Source of the DNA: Clostridia bacterium
GTDB lineage: Bacteria > Bacillota > Clostridia > Oscillospirales > CAG-272
DNA: 64,000 nt
Assembly (NCBI GenBank): GCA_017482465.1
Contig: JAFUMW010000018.1
Span: 663 to 64,662 of the forward strand
Reading direction: 5' to 3'
Shown here: piece after piece, positions 19,589 to 30,087 of the stretch
How positions within the stretch are numbered: position 1 is the stretch's first letter
How the letters are laid out: each line of letters starts with the position of its first letter
Translations under genes and position numbers: made by a program
Notes under the pieces: generated by a model
What the model was told of the DNA's origin: nothing
The model's database searches: none
What the model saw: the letters and a program-made list of their open reading frames with translations, nothing else

Positions 19589-21145
19589 TTACTTTGCGTA
19601 ATCAATAGCTCGACTTTCGCGTATCAGATGTACCTTGATCTGACCGGGATATTGCAGTTCGCTTTCGATCTTACTAACAATGTCTCTTGCAATAACGATC
19701 ATCTGTTCGTCATTGACTTCCTCAGGCTTGACAGCTATGCGTACTTCGCGTCCTGCCTGAATAGCAAATGATTTTTCAACGCCGCTGAAGCTGTTTGTGA
19801 TCTCCTCGAGCTTCTGCAGACGCTTGATGTAGTTTTCAAGATCCTCACGGCGAGCTCCGGGACGTGCAGCCGAAATAGCATCAGCCGCCTGAACGATGAT
19901 CGCTGTGATGGTTGTCGGCTCAACGTCACCGTGATGAGCCTCGATAGCGTGGATGATTTCCTTGTTTTCTTTGTACTTTTTGGCGATATCAACACCGAGC
20001 TGTACGTGAGAGCCTTCGATCTCCTGTGTAAGAGCTTTACCGATATCGTGAAGAAGACCTGCTCGCTTAGCGGGCATACTGTCCACTCCAAGCTCGTCCG
20101 CGATCATACCCGAGAGTATTGATACCTCAATTGAATGGTTAAGTACGTTCTGACCGTAGCTTGTACGGTATTTAAGTCTTCCGAGAAGCTTGATAAGCTC
20201 AGGGTTAAGACCGTGAATACCGGTTTCGTAAGTAGCCTGTTCACCGGCTTGCTTGATAACTGCGTCGACCTCGCGGCGAGCGCGTTCAACCGTTTCCTCA
20301 ATGCGTGCGGGATGGATACGTCCGTCTCCGATAAGCTTTTCGAGAGCGATCCTTGCGACCTCTCTTCTGATGGGATCGAAGCTTGAAAGGGTTATAGCCT
20401 CGGGTGTGTCGTCGATTATGAGGTCGACACCCGTCATTGCCTCGATAGCGTGGATATTACGTCCCTCGCGGCCGATGATACGACCCTTCATTTCGTCGCC
20501 GGGGAGATTAACTACGGAAACCGTAGCCTCGGTAACAAGATCAGCCGCACACCTCTGGATTGAAAGGGCGAGAATATTCTTTGCCTTTTCGTCAGCCTCG
20601 TCCTTGAACTGCTGCTCATACTCTGCAAGACGCATTGCCTTTTCATGCTTGATCTCTTCGTCAAGTCTTGCAATGATCTCTGCCTTAGCCTGTTCGCTTG
20701 TGAGTCCGGAGAGCTTTTCAAGTGTTTGCATTTCGCTTTCCTTGAGCTTGGCGATCTCTGCTGACGCGTCTTCGTTTTCCTTGATCTTTGCGGAAAGGAT
20801 CTCTTCCTTCTTTTCAAGGCTTTCGATCTTGCGTTCGAGAGTTTCTTCTCTCTTGGCAACACGGGATTCCTGCTTGGAAAGCTCGCTTCTGCGCTCTTTT
20901 ATCTCGCGTTCGGATTCATTCTTCTGCTTGAGAATTTCTTCCTTGGCTTCCAAAAGTGCTTCTTTTTTCAGCGTTTCAGCTTCCTTGAAGCCGTCATCGA
21001 CTATTCTTTTAGCCTGTTCCTCTGCAGAGCCTATTTCTGCTTCAGCTACCTTTTTGCGATAGATTATACCGCCCAAAAATCCGAGACCCAGACCGACTAC
21101 GACAGCGATGACTGCAACAATTGCAGACATAATATTAAATTCCAC
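19589..21145 (-). CDS. rny: Ribonuclease Y
   Basis: N-terminal TM helix, a long K/E coiled region, KH domain ([11 protein letters not shown]) and HD domain ([11 protein letters not shown]). GTG start 8 nt after AGGAGG. Confidence 0.95.
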   Translation of the reverse strand: MEFNIMSAIVAVIAVVVGLGLGFLGGIIYRKKVAEAEIGSAEEQAKRIVDDGFKEAETLKKEALLEAKEEILKQKNESEREIKERRSELSKQESRVAKREETLERKIESLEKKEEILSAKIKENEDASAEIAKLKESEMQTLEKLSGLTSEQAKAEIIARLDEEIKHEKAMRLAEYEQQFKDEADEKAKNILALSIQRCAADLVTEATVSVVNLPGDEMKGRIIGREGRNIHAIEAMTGVDLIIDDTPEAITLSSFDPIRREVARIALEKLIGDGRIHPARIEETVERARREVDAVIKQAGEQATYETGIHGLNPELIKLLGRLKYRTSYGQNVLNHSIEVSILSGMIADELGVDSMPAKRAGLLHDIGKALTQEIEGSHVQLGVDIAKKYKENKEIIHAIEAHHGDVEPTTITAIIVQAADAISAARPGARREDLENYIKRLQKLEEITNSFSGVEKSFAIQAGREVRIAVKPEEVNDEQMIVIARDIVSKIESELQYPGQIKVHLIRESRAIDYAK

Positions 21146-21231
21146 TATTTACACCTCCTTAAGATGAATTTTAATTTATGTAACAGTAAAAAACGAAACA
21201 CTATCCGCATTTTACATTTACACATACTATA

Positions 21232-21260
21232 ATTGTAACTAAAAATAAGCGTTTTGTCAA
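21232..21260 (-). promoter_or_regulatory. Putative sigma-A promoter for rny
   Basis: On the minus strand, TTGACA (21255-21260), 17-nt spacer, TACAAT (21232-21237). Confidence 0.55.
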
Positions 21261-21301
21261 TAGTTTCTTTGTGCTTACGGCGATAAAACCGAATATTTTT
21301 G

Positions 21302-22477
21302 TTATTCAGGCTTTATATCTACCGTATACATCGTGGCAAAAGCCTCGTCCGCAAGTTCTTTGAAGTTGAGCTTGTTTTCCTGTTCGAGCACCTTGTCAAG
21401 CTCGGGCTTTGTACGCGGATGTCGGGGAGTGAATACGGTACAGCAATCCTCGAAGGGCAGTATCGACGTATCGAATGTGCCTATCTTGCGCGCAGTCTGT
21501 ATGATCTCTTCCTTATCCAAGCCGATTGCGGGACGGAACACCGGAATGCTTGAAGCGTTGTCGGTGACCGCTATTGCCTGCATCGTCTGGCTTGCGACCT
21601 GTGCAAGACTTTCACCGGTTATGAGTGCTCTGCAGTTGTACTGCTTTGCAACTCTGTCGGCAAGATGCATCATGTATCTGCGAAGCAAGAGCGTGAAATA
21701 ATCCTCTTCGCAATTGTTTTTCAGCTCCTCTTGGATATGTGTGAGCGAAATGATGTGTACTTTTATGCCGGATGTGTAATCCGCGAGTATGCGCGCAAGC
21801 TCGAGTACCTTTTCACGCGCTCTTTCGCTTGTGTAGGGGAAACTTTCAAAATGAAGTGCCTCTATCTCAACTCCGCGCTTTGCCATCATATAGCCTGCGA
21901 CAGGGCTGTCGATGCCGCCCGAAAGCAGAAGCAGACCGCGTCCGCTCGAGCCTGCCGGCATACCGCCCGCCCCCTTGAATTTGCCTGCGTGAACATAAGC
22001 CGCCTTTTCGCGGATCTCGACCATTACGACGATGTCGGGCTTGTTTACATCTACCTTTATACCGGGAACGCATGAAAGCACCGCACCGCCGACCTCGGCG
22101 GATATCTGAGGCGATTTATAAGGAAAGCTCTTGTCGCTTCTTCTTGCGTCTGCCTTAAAGGACCTGCATCCGCGCAGGTATTCCGGAATATAGTCTTTTA
22201 CAGTGGCGAGAATGGTGTCCATATTCTTTTCGCAGACTGCGGCACGGCATATAGAAACTATGCCGAATATTTTCAAGCATGCCGTGAGCGCACCGTCTAT
22301 ATCTGCAAGCTCGTCTGTAGGTTCAACGAACACCGTGCTCTGTGCTTTGCTGACCTCAAAGCTTCCGAAGGGAGCAACCTTTCGTCTGATATCGCGAAGC
22401 ATTGTGTTTTCAAAGACGTTCTTGTTCGCGCCCTTGAGTATCAGCTCGCCGTATTTCAGTAATAACACTTCTTTCAT
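21302..22477 (-). CDS. thiI: tRNA 4-thiouridine(8) synthase ThiI
   Basis: LKYGELILKGANK (ferredoxin-like/THUMP N-terminus) and PP-loop LLLSGGIDSPVAG. The AAGGA RBS is placed 8 nt before Met4 (ATG 22477), so that start is preferred over 22486. Confidence 0.9.
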   Translation of the reverse strand: MKEVLLLKYGELILKGANKNVFENTMLRDIRRKVAPFGSFEVSKAQSTVFVEPTDELADIDGALTACLKIFGIVSICRAAVCEKNMDTILATVKDYIPEYLRGCRSFKADARRSDKSFPYKSPQISAEVGGAVLSCVPGIKVDVNKPDIVVMVEIREKAAYVHAGKFKGAGGMPAGSSGRGLLLLSGGIDSPVAGYMMAKRGVEIEALHFESFPYTSERAREKVLELARILADYTSGIKVHIISLTHIQEELKNNCEEDYFTLLLRRYMMHLADRVAKQYNCRALITGESLAQVASQTMQAIAVTDNASSIPVFRPAIGLDKEEIIQTARKIGTFDTSILPFEDCCTVFTPRHPRTKPELDKVLEQENKLNFKELADEAFATMYTVDIKPE

Positions 22478-22492
22478 TTTTATCATCCTTTA

Positions 22493-23860
22493 TCAGGCAT
22501 TTAAAGCCTGTTTTTCAAAAATCATAAATCCTTTTTCGGCACTGTAAGCGGCGATCCTGCCGCGGGATACCGGGGAGATATAGTCAAAAAGCATTGGAAG
22601 AATCTCATTTCCCTCGGTGTCGTATAGACCGAAGCTTCCGTCTTTTGAAACTACAGCCAGACCCTCATAGTACGGCTCGATGCTGTCGTATACAGGCTGG
22701 AGCATCCAACGCTCATTCGCACCGAACACACCGTATTTTCCGTTTTTTTCAACGACTACCGCACCGTCGGCGGCGCTTACGCAGGTGTAATCGCCGGGAA
22801 CTGCAAGCTTGCTTCCATCGGCGCGTACGGCTGTGCATGTGTCGGAAATGGTGTTTTCCTTGTAAACGTAGTCGACAGTCTTTTCTCTTATAAGTACGAT
22901 TCCGTTGTCAAAATAGAGAAAGCCTACGGATTCCGGACCCATCGTGTCAGGCACTGCGTATACACGGTCAACATGTCGGTCGGAGGTGTTTCTGTATGTG
23001 TCTCGTCCTTCGAAAACTACTTTTCCGCTTTTATCAATGTATGAGATACTTCCATCGGGCAACAGTGCCGCGGCAAGTCCTTCTGAAAACGCATATATGC
23101 GCGTGTACTCATAGTTTGTGAGCAGGTTGCCGTCTGCATCTGAAAGCGCGACAAGAGTACCGTCTTCTCCGGTCTGCGAGATTGCGCTCAAGCCGTCATT
23201 TTCATTTGCAAGCTCGGGTGTATTCTCATACGCTATCACTCTCTCAAGCGAATGAGGTGCATAGTCGACCTGAACAAATGTGTTATCCTTTATCGCAAAG
23301 TAAGCGTTTTTGTCAGTGTACAGCGCATTTCCGTCCACATCGCGCAAGAATGTCGGAGCAAGTGTGAAGTTATCCGAAATAAGCTCTCCACTGTCCGAAT
23401 AAAGCTCAAGCTTTTCTCCGCGGTCGAGGATTATATTTCCGTCATAAAGCTCGATCTGTATTCGCTCAAGCTCTTTGTCCTCAAACACTGTCGAATAAGT
23501 GCCGAATACCTCGTCCGGGATACGGACAGGAACGCTGACCGTTTTTGTCGAAAGCGAAAAGCTCTGAGAAAGCGCATATTTTGAAGTATCGCTCAAAGCA
23601 AGGCACATTGAGCTCTTGTCAAATGTGTCCGTAACTCTGGAGCCGGAAAAAACGGGGATGCTTTTCAAAAAAAGCTCAAGCTCGCTTTCGCTTTCGGTGT
23701 TGTCGGTCGTTTCCGTAACCGGTCGGTCATCGGTCACGGGCTTGTTTGTCTGCTCAAGCAAAACAAGAGTTCCCGAAACGTATTTACAGATGAAAAGCAG
23801 TGCTAAAGCAAACAGTATGATTGCGGCTATATTGCGAAATACAGTGCCGATCTTGCTCAT
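22493..23860 (-). CDS. Membrane-anchored WG/KWG-repeat protein
   Basis: N-terminal TM helix, then repeated units of the type NGKYGVF.....L.P.YD.I..Y.EGLA.V..DG..G..D..G. The start is likely Met6 (GAGG RBS 6 nt upstream of ATG 23860). Confidence 0.6.
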   Translation of the reverse strand: MSKIGTVFRNIAAIILFALALLFICKYVSGTLVLLEQTNKPVTDDRPVTETTDNTESESELELFLKSIPVFSGSRVTDTFDKSSMCLALSDTSKYALSQSFSLSTKTVSVPVRIPDEVFGTYSTVFEDKELERIQIELYDGNIILDRGEKLELYSDSGELISDNFTLAPTFLRDVDGNALYTDKNAYFAIKDNTFVQVDYAPHSLERVIAYENTPELANENDGLSAISQTGEDGTLVALSDADGNLLTNYEYTRIYAFSEGLAAALLPDGSISYIDKSGKVVFEGRDTYRNTSDRHVDRVYAVPDTMGPESVGFLYFDNGIVLIREKTVDYVYKENTISDTCTAVRADGSKLAVPGDYTCVSAADGAVVVEKNGKYGVFGANERWMLQPVYDSIEPYYEGLAVVSKDGSFGLYDTEGNEILPMLFDYISPVSRGRIAAYSAEKGFMIFEKQALNA

Positions 23861-23890
23861 TCGAAACCTCGCCATTAATAGAATTTGTGT

Positions 23891-24370
23891 TTATTTGTGG
23901 TATTTTCCTCCGCCGATGATGTTGTATGCGCGGTAGACCTGCTCAAGCAGTATCACGCGCATCATCCGATGCGGGAAGGTCATCATTGATATCGACATGC
24001 GTTTGTCGCAGGCGGATTTTACCTCATCGGCAAGACCGAACGAGCCTCCGATAACAAAACTTACCTCCGAGTAGCCGCTTGTTGCAGCCGTATCAAGAAG
24101 AGAAGCGAAATCTTCGCTTTTCATCTGCTTTCCCTCAACGCACATGGCTATCTTATACGAACGCGGGGGTATGGCCGCAAGAATGCGTTCCCCCTCTTTT
24201 CTTAACGCGGTGGCGATCTCGGCGTCCGACGGTCTGTCCGAGAGGCGCTCGTCCTTTATGAGGATGTTGTTTATCTTGCAGTATGCGCCGAGTCTTTTTT
24301 CATATTCTGCGACAGCCTCTGCAAAAAAGCTTTCTTTAAGACTGCCGACAAATATTACGTTTACTGTCAT
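23891..24370 (-). CDS. rlmH: 23S rRNA (pseudouridine1915-N3)-methyltransferase RlmH
   Basis: 159 aa SPOUT fold. YEKRL, FVIGGSFG, LSISMMTFPH.MMRVILLEQVYRA are typical of RlmH. Confidence 0.92.
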   Translation of the reverse strand: MTVNVIFVGSLKESFFAEAVAEYEKRLGAYCKINNILIKDERLSDRPSDAEIATALRKEGERILAAIPPRSYKIAMCVEGKQMKSEDFASLLDTAATSGYSEVSFVIGGSFGLADEVKSACDKRMSISMMTFPHRMMRVILLEQVYRAYNIIGGGKYHK

Positions 24371-24383
24371 ATTTTGTCTCCGT

Positions 24384-25166
24384 TTATATTAGCCTTGTAG
24401 GCAAAGCGGTTTCAGCGACCGCAAGCGTGATCCCGCGCGATCTGATGTTGCCGAGCGCGCAGTATACTGCGCCGAATGCCGCCTCGGGATCGTTGTTCTG
24501 CTCGGAAAGATGCGCGAGCAGAAAATGCTTTGTTCCGTTTTCGGCAAGATATGCCGCGAACTCTGCCGCGTCATCGTTTGACAGATGCCCGAAGCGCGAA
24601 AGTATACGTTTTTTCAAGAAGACAGGATAGTTTCCCTCTTCAAGCATCGTTATATCATGATTGGCTTCGAGTATGACCGCGTCGACACCGGTAAGACTGT
24701 CTCTTACCGTATCGGAAACATATCCGATATCGGTCGCAAATCCAAGCGTGAGCTCCGGAGATCTTATGATATATCCGACAGACGCGTTACTGTCATGCGG
24801 TGTTGCAAACGACGATATTTTTAATTCACCTGTACTTTCCGTGTACAAAAGCGGATGGACGCAGAGCCTTTTTTCGAGATTAGGCGTGAGAGACGTGATC
24901 ACAGCATCTGCCGAGCGTTCGGTCATGTGTACAGTGACATCATATTTAGCGCATATTGCCTCAAGGCCGCGGGTGTGGTCGCTGTGATCATGCGTAATGA
25001 AAATATCGGTTATATTTTCAAGAGATGTCCCGAGACTTTTAAGAGAAGCCTCTATCGAGCGCGGACCCATTCCTGCGTCTATTAATATCTGTGTTTTTTC
25101 GCCGGATACAAAGGTACAATTTCCCTTTGAACCCGAAAAAAGTGTGTATACAGAGAAATTTGACAT
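24384..25166 (-). CDS. MBL-fold metallo-hydrolase (YycJ/WalJ-like)
   Basis: SGSKGNC..V, ILIDAG, FITHDHSDH (HxHxDH), LEANHD, GHLSN. Confidence 0.75.
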   Translation of the reverse strand: MSNFSVYTLFSGSKGNCTFVSGEKTQILIDAGMGPRSIEASLKSLGTSLENITDIFITHDHSDHTRGLEAICAKYDVTVHMTERSADAVITSLTPNLEKRLCVHPLLYTESTGELKISSFATPHDSNASVGYIIRSPELTLGFATDIGYVSDTVRDSLTGVDAVILEANHDITMLEEGNYPVFLKKRILSRFGHLSNDDAAEFAAYLAENGTKHFLLAHLSEQNNDPEAAFGAVYCALGNIRSRGITLAVAETALPTRLI

Positions 25167-25176
25167 GTTTACCGCC

Positions 25177-25626
25177 TTATTTTACAAGCGCTTTGATGTT
25201 GTTTAATATATCTGTGAAAAAGTCGCCCCACAGCAGAAAGAGTATGTCTGCAAACAGTGTGAATGTCAGCGGAATTATAAAGAAAAGTAACGGCTTTGCG
25301 ATCTTTTTGCACCTTGTTATTATCGCGATGGTCCTTTCCGCCTTTTCTCGCGGCACACTGTTATCGAACATCTCGGGAGTAGGTACGCCCTTTGATAATC
25401 CGCCGTTGAGAATGAAAAACGCCAACAGCAGTGCCGCATCGGTGTACGCATACACCTGCATAATGATGCTGTTCTTAAAACCGTTTGCCGCCTCGTAGCC
25501 GATGACTGCGAAATAAACGGCGGCAAACAGTATACAAAGCGCGATTATGGCGATCAACTTGTACGAGTTTTTCTTTCGACGATTAAGTTCTGCAGTGTTT
25601 TCCTGAATTTTTTCGTTGTTCTTCAT
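25177..25626 (-). CDS. Hypothetical small membrane protein (about 3-4 TM)
   Basis: 149-aa ORF with hydrophobic segments. Its ATG overlaps the upstream kinase stop by 1 nt (TGATG), suggesting co-translation. No recognisable motif. Confidence 0.45.
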   Translation of the reverse strand: MKNNEKIQENTAELNRRKKNSYKLIAIIALCILFAAVYFAVIGYEAANGFKNSIIMQVYAYTDAALLLAFFILNGGLSKGVPTPEMFDNSVPREKAERTIAIITRCKKIAKPLLFFIIPLTFTLFADILFLLWGDFFTDILNNIKALVK

Positions 25627-26906
25627 CAGGAGATCTTGATCGCACCGTAAGGACGAACCTTAAGAACGGTCGTTGCGCCCTTGCCGAATGCGCCGTCAAG
25701 TACCTTAGTGAAATCGGCGATGTCTTCATTCTTTATAAATGCCTGAATAGTTCCGGCAAAACCGCCGCCGTGTACGCGCCAAGCCGCATTGCGTCCTGTA
25801 AGTACCTTTTCAGCGAGGCAGAGCGCGAGTGAAAGCCCTTGTTCTGAAACATTCTTTGTCGTGTATACGTTCTGAAGGTACTTGAAGCTTGAGCTTCCCG
25901 ATTCATGAACGCCCTTGAAGAAGGTTGCAAGATCGTTTTTTCGAAGCGCCTCGGTCTGGTATGTAACGCGTTTGTTTTCTTCCTTGAAGTGAAGCGCTCT
26001 CATGATAGCGCGGTCACCGAATTTTTCGCGCAGGGCGGGGATAGCTGCGATGATCTCGTCCTCGCATACCTCTCTGAGAACTTCCTTTCCGAAATATGCG
26101 GCAATAGCCTTCATTTCAGCCGGAACGGAAGCATAGTCATCGTTAAGATCGGCGTGGTTTCCGCCTGTGTTTACGATGCAGAGCGAGTAGCCGGCGCCTG
26201 TAAGGTCAAAGTCGAGCTTTTCGATGATCGGGTTCTTGGGGTCCTTGAAGTCGATCGCTACAAAGCCGCCGACAGCGCAGGCGGTCTGATCCATAAGACC
26301 GCAGGGCTTGCCGAAGAACACGTTTTCCGCATACTGAGCGATCTTTGCGATCTCAGGGTTTTCGACCTTGCCGTCATTATAGAAGTAGTTTAAGATATTT
26401 CCGACCATGTCTTCAAAAGCCGCACTTGAGGAAAGTCCGCTTCCCTTAAATACGTTTGACGTTGTATAAGCGTCATAGCCGCCTATAGAATATCCGTTGT
26501 TCAGAAATCCGCGTGCCATACCCGAGATGATCGAGTTGGACTTAAAGAAATTCTTTTCATCGGGACGGGGATCGGTGACATCCACTTTGTCGATAGGGAA
26601 GCCCTCACTCTTGATGTTTATCTGCATATCGTCGCGCTTTGAAGCAACGGCGATGATATCAAGGTCGATGGACGCCGCGATAACCTTACCGTAGTTGTGG
26701 TCGGTGTGGTTGCCCGAGATCTCGCTTCTGCCAGCAACCGAGAAGAGCTCAAGGTCTCTGCCTTCGCCGAATTCTTTTTCGAATTCGTCAACAGCTTTTA
26801 TGTAACGTGCGTTGGCTGCGTCAAGGTTTTCTTTGCCGTAAAGTGTGGTGAAGATTTCGGAATAACCGTTTTCTCCGATCTTTTTCTTAAGTTCAAGTGC
26901 TTTCAT
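25626..26906 (-). CDS. Galactokinase-family GHMP kinase
   Basis: RSEISGNHTDHN (galactokinase signature-like), GHMP motif GSGLSSSAAF, C-terminal HGGGFAGTIQAF. Start at ATG 26906 (GGAGGAC RBS). The longer track ORF would overlap cinA. Confidence 0.75.
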   Translation of the reverse strand: MKALELKKKIGENGYSEIFTTLYGKENLDAANARYIKAVDEFEKEFGEGRDLELFSVAGRSEISGNHTDHNYGKVIAASIDLDIIAVASKRDDMQINIKSEGFPIDKVDVTDPRPDEKNFFKSNSIISGMARGFLNNGYSIGGYDAYTTSNVFKGSGLSSSAAFEDMVGNILNYFYNDGKVENPEIAKIAQYAENVFFGKPCGLMDQTACAVGGFVAIDFKDPKNPIIEKLDFDLTGAGYSLCIVNTGGNHADLNDDYASVPAEMKAIAAYFGKEVLREVCEDEIIAAIPALREKFGDRAIMRALHFKEENKRVTYQTEALRKNDLATFFKGVHESGSSSFKYLQNVYTTKNVSEQGLSLALCLAEKVLTGRNAAWRVHGGGFAGTIQAFIKNEDIADFTKVLDGAFGKGATTVLKVRPYGAIKIS

Positions 26907-26949
26907 TTTTGTCCTCCAAAATGATGTATGATTAATTAATTTATTATTA

Positions 26950-28221
26950 TCAAAGCTTTTCTGCTTCTTTTCTTGCAAGAGAGAGTGCGTTTGATGCTGC
27001 AAGATAGCGTACATATTCGCGGGCGCTTCTGCCGGGAGCGATATTCAATTTAGTCACGCTTTCGCCGTTTTTGGACGATACCGCGACATATACAAGTCCG
27101 ACAGGCTTTTCATCCGTGCCTCCGAGCGGGCCTGCTATACCTGTGGTGCTGACCGCAAGGTCGACTCCGAGCCTGTCGCGTACACCGCGTGCCATATAAA
27201 CGGCTGTTTCGGGAGATACCGCGCCATGCTTTTTCAGTGTTTCGTGCGGTACTCCGAGCAGATTTTCCTTTATCTCGTTGGCGTACGAGATGATGCTTCC
27301 GAGATAGACCTCAGAAGCCCCGGACAGGTCTGTGATGCGTTTGCCGATGAGTCCTCCGGTACAGCTTTCGGCGCTTGCAAATGTGAGTTTCTTTTCACGC
27401 AGAACACACAAGAGCGCATTTTCAAGCGATCCCGCGTCTATTCCGTAAACAAATTTGCCGACCTCTGTTTTACAGATCTTATCTATCGTTTCGTCGCAGA
27501 GCTTTTCGCATTCCTCATGTGTTTTTGCCCGTGCGGTCACGCGCAGTCTTACCTCCCCCGTGTTTACATACGGAGCAACTGTCGGGTTCGTCGAGCTTTC
27601 CATGAGTCCGCGAAGACACTCTTCCACCGTTGATTCTCCCATGCCGAAAATGTTGATGTTCTTGCTTACGAGCACACTGTCGGTAAACTTCATAAGATAT
27701 GGCATTACACAGCTACTGAACATCGGTTCAAGCTCTCTGGGCGGACCGGGCAGCATTACTATGATTTTGTTGTTTTCAAAGTCCTCGATGCCGATACCGG
27801 GTGCTGTGCCGTACAGGTTCTTGAAAACCACCGAGCCGTCCGGCACAAGCGCTTGCTTTGCGTTATTCGGGCTCATGACGCGTCCGGTCTTTTCAAAATA
27901 AGTCTTTATAGCATCAAGGCTTTCCTTATCTGTATGCATATTGCGGCCCATGAGCTTTGCCGCGGTTTCCTTTGTGAGATCGTCATATGTCGGACCGAGA
28001 CCGCCGCTGGTTATAACAAGATCCGAGCGTTCGAGCGCGGTCTTTAGTGCTTGTGTCAGTCTTTCGGGATTGTCTCCGACGACGCTTTGATGATACTGGC
28101 TTATTCCCATCTCGGCAAGCCGTGAGGAGATATAAGCCGCGTTGGTGTTTACAATGTCGCCGATAAGAAGCTCGGTACCAACGCAAAGTATCTCTGCTGT
28201 ATTGATCTTCGTAAATATCAC
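26950..28221 (-). CDS. cinA: Competence/damage-inducible protein CinA (MoCF-binding domain plus nicotinamide-nucleotide amidase PncC domain)
   Basis: AEILCVGTELLIGDIVNTNA, ITSGGLGPTYDDLT, C-terminal AESCTGGL...TGIAGP. GTG start overlapping the nth stop (GTGA). Confidence 0.88.
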   Translation of the reverse strand: MIFTKINTAEILCVGTELLIGDIVNTNAAYISSRLAEMGISQYHQSVVGDNPERLTQALKTALERSDLVITSGGLGPTYDDLTKETAAKLMGRNMHTDKESLDAIKTYFEKTGRVMSPNNAKQALVPDGSVVFKNLYGTAPGIGIEDFENNKIIVMLPGPPRELEPMFSSCVMPYLMKFTDSVLVSKNINIFGMGESTVEECLRGLMESSTNPTVAPYVNTGEVRLRVTARAKTHEECEKLCDETIDKICKTEVGKFVYGIDAGSLENALLCVLREKKLTFASAESCTGGLIGKRITDLSGASEVYLGSIISYANEIKENLLGVPHETLKKHGAVSPETAVYMARGVRDRLGVDLAVSTTGIAGPLGGTDEKPVGLVYVAVSSKNGESVTKLNIAPGRSAREYVRYLAASNALSLARKEAEKL

Positions 28222-28880
28222 CTCTTGTTATTGTTGTGAGCGCACAAATGCGACAGCGGACACGCGTTGCATTTCGGCGAGCGTGCCGAACAGGTGTCGC
28301 GTCCGAACTGTACTATGCGATGGCAGAAATCGGTCTGAAACTCGGGCAAAACAAGAGCGGAAAGTATCTTTTCCACTTTCGCGGGGTCGGATAAGCTCTC
28401 ATCGTACATGCCGAGTCTTCCGCAGATGCGTATACAGTGTGTGTCGGCAACGATTGCCGGCTTGCCGTAAATATCGCCGAGAAGGAGATTTGCGATCTTT
28501 CTTCCCACGCCGGGTAAGCTTAACAGCTCTTCCATAGTGTCCGGTAGAATACCGCCGAATTCATCTATGAGCATGCGGCAGGAATCTTTTATGTTTTTTG
28601 CCTTAGTGTTGAAAAGACCGCAAGGCTTAACTATTCTTGCGATATCCTCAAGCTCGGCGTTTGCAACAGCTTCAAGCGTCGGATAGACTCTGAAAAGCTC
28701 TTTGCATACTATATTCACCCTTGCATCGGTGCATTGTGCCGAAAGTCTGCCCATAATGAGAAGCTTCCAGGGCTCTCCGCCGTATCTGAGTGCACATTCC
28801 GCGCTCGGGTATACGCCTTCAAGCACACGTGCCGCTTTGTTTATGTTTATTTTTTTCTGTTTTTCGGATAGCTTTTTCAT
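28218..28880 (-). CDS. nth: Endonuclease III
   Basis: HhH-GPD motif LPGVGRKIANLLL, catalytic DTH, C-terminal Fe-S cluster CSARSPKCNACPLSHLC. Confidence 0.9.
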   Translation of the reverse strand: MKKLSEKQKKININKAARVLEGVYPSAECALRYGGEPWKLLIMGRLSAQCTDARVNIVCKELFRVYPTLEAVANAELEDIARIVKPCGLFNTKAKNIKDSCRMLIDEFGGILPDTMEELLSLPGVGRKIANLLLGDIYGKPAIVADTHCIRICGRLGMYDESLSDPAKVEKILSALVLPEFQTDFCHRIVQFGRDTCSARSPKCNACPLSHLCAHNNNKR

Positions 28881-28890
28881 AAATTTACCG

Positions 28891-29481
28891 TTACTTTTTT
28901 ATTTGCTCAAGCACATTGCAGCCGAATTCGTCTGCAAGTACGGTACACAGCTTTTCAAGCGGCAGACCAACCACATTGTAATAGTCGCCGTCGATCTTTT
29001 CGACAAATATTCCGCCGAGATCCTGTATTCCGTATGCTCCCGCCTTGTCAAGCGGCTCGCCCGTGGCGACATAAGCGTCTATCTCGCGCTGTGATATCAC
29101 CCGCATTTTTACGGAGGTAACCGCGTGAGTGCGTACGGTCTTGCTTCCGTCCGTGACGCAAAGCCCCGAATACACCTGATGCACAGAGCCCGAAAGCTCA
29201 CAAAGCATGCGCTTTGCTTCATCTGCGTCTGTCGGCTTGGTGAGTATCTTACCGTCTTTGTATACGATAGTATCAGAGCCGATAACTATATTACCTGAGC
29301 CGCACTTGTCTACGATTGCACGCGCTTTTCTCTCCGACAATGTTTCTACTGTGCCGTCGGGTGTGTCGGGAAGACCGTTTACCTCGTCAACGTCTGCGTT
29401 GATGGCGGTATATTCAAGCCCGATGTGCGAGAGTATCTCGCGTCGGCGGGCTGACGCCGAGGCAAGTATAAGCTTTCTCAT
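28891..29481 (-). CDS. maf: Maf-family nucleoside triphosphate pyrophosphatase
   Basis: MRKLILASASARRREIL, IGSDTIV, GKP.D...A, AGAYGIQ. Start set at Met19 of the track ORF, directly after the dut stop. Confidence 0.88.
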   Translation of the reverse strand: MRKLILASASARRREILSHIGLEYTAINADVDEVNGLPDTPDGTVETLSERKARAIVDKCGSGNIVIGSDTIVYKDGKILTKPTDADEAKRMLCELSGSVHQVYSGLCVTDGSKTVRTHAVTSVKMRVISQREIDAYVATGEPLDKAGAYGIQDLGGIFVEKIDGDYYNVVGLPLEKLCTVLADEFGCNVLEQIKK

Positions 29482-29482
29482 T

Positions 29483-29929
29483 TTATTTAACACCCGTTGA
29501 TCCGAAGCCACCGACACCACGCTCTGTCGAGTCAAGCTCGTCGCACTCTGTAAGCTTTGCTGTGAGAACAGGCATGAACATGAGCTGAGCTACACGGTCG
29601 CCCGGTTCTACGGTGAAGTCTGTGTCGGAATTGTTTATAAGAGAAACGAGTATTTCTCCTCTGTAGTCGCTGTCTATAACACCGATGCCGTTTGCAAGAG
29701 CGATACCGTGCTTGGTCGAAAGCCCGCTTCTTGCACATACTATCGAGACCACCGAAGCGTCGTTCGGTGCGACGGCTATGCCTGTGGGAACAGCGGCGCG
29801 TGAGCGTGCGGGGATGATTACAGGCTCGTCTGCGGCGCATCGCAGATCAAGAGCGGCAGAGCCCGAAGTTGCGTATTCGGGTATCACTGCGTTCTCTCTC
29901 AGCTTTTTGATCTTAACATCTATTTGCAT
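29483..29929 (-). CDS. dut: dUTP diphosphatase
   Basis: ATSGSAALDL, ARSGLS.KHGI, GVIDSDYRGEI, TERG.GGFGSTG. Start at Met27 of the track ORF. Confidence 0.92.
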   Translation of the reverse strand: MQIDVKIKKLRENAVIPEYATSGSAALDLRCAADEPVIIPARSRAAVPTGIAVAPNDASVVSIVCARSGLSTKHGIALANGIGVIDSDYRGEILVSLINNSDTDFTVEPGDRVAQLMFMPVLTAKLTECDELDSTERGVGGFGSTGVK

Positions 29930-30087
29930 ATTTGTTTCCCTTCGTGCTATTATACTGAAAGTTTGTGTTGACTTTGCTTGTCCGTTAGGGTATAATATTA
30001 AAAGCAATAGTATAACAGTATAATTATACTTTATAATTGTAAATATTGCAAGACCAATTACAAAAAAATCGGAGCGAATGTCTGTAA

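Noticed and set aside
20253-21062. 269-aa plus-strand ORF inside rny (with similar shadow ORFs at 15304..16086 in alaS, 56068..57009 in ligA, 58297..59280 in obg and 31543..32328 in the U32 gene)
   Set aside because: All are antisense to highly conserved genes, have Ser/Arg/Leu-biased composition and lack SD sequences. They are treated as non-coding.
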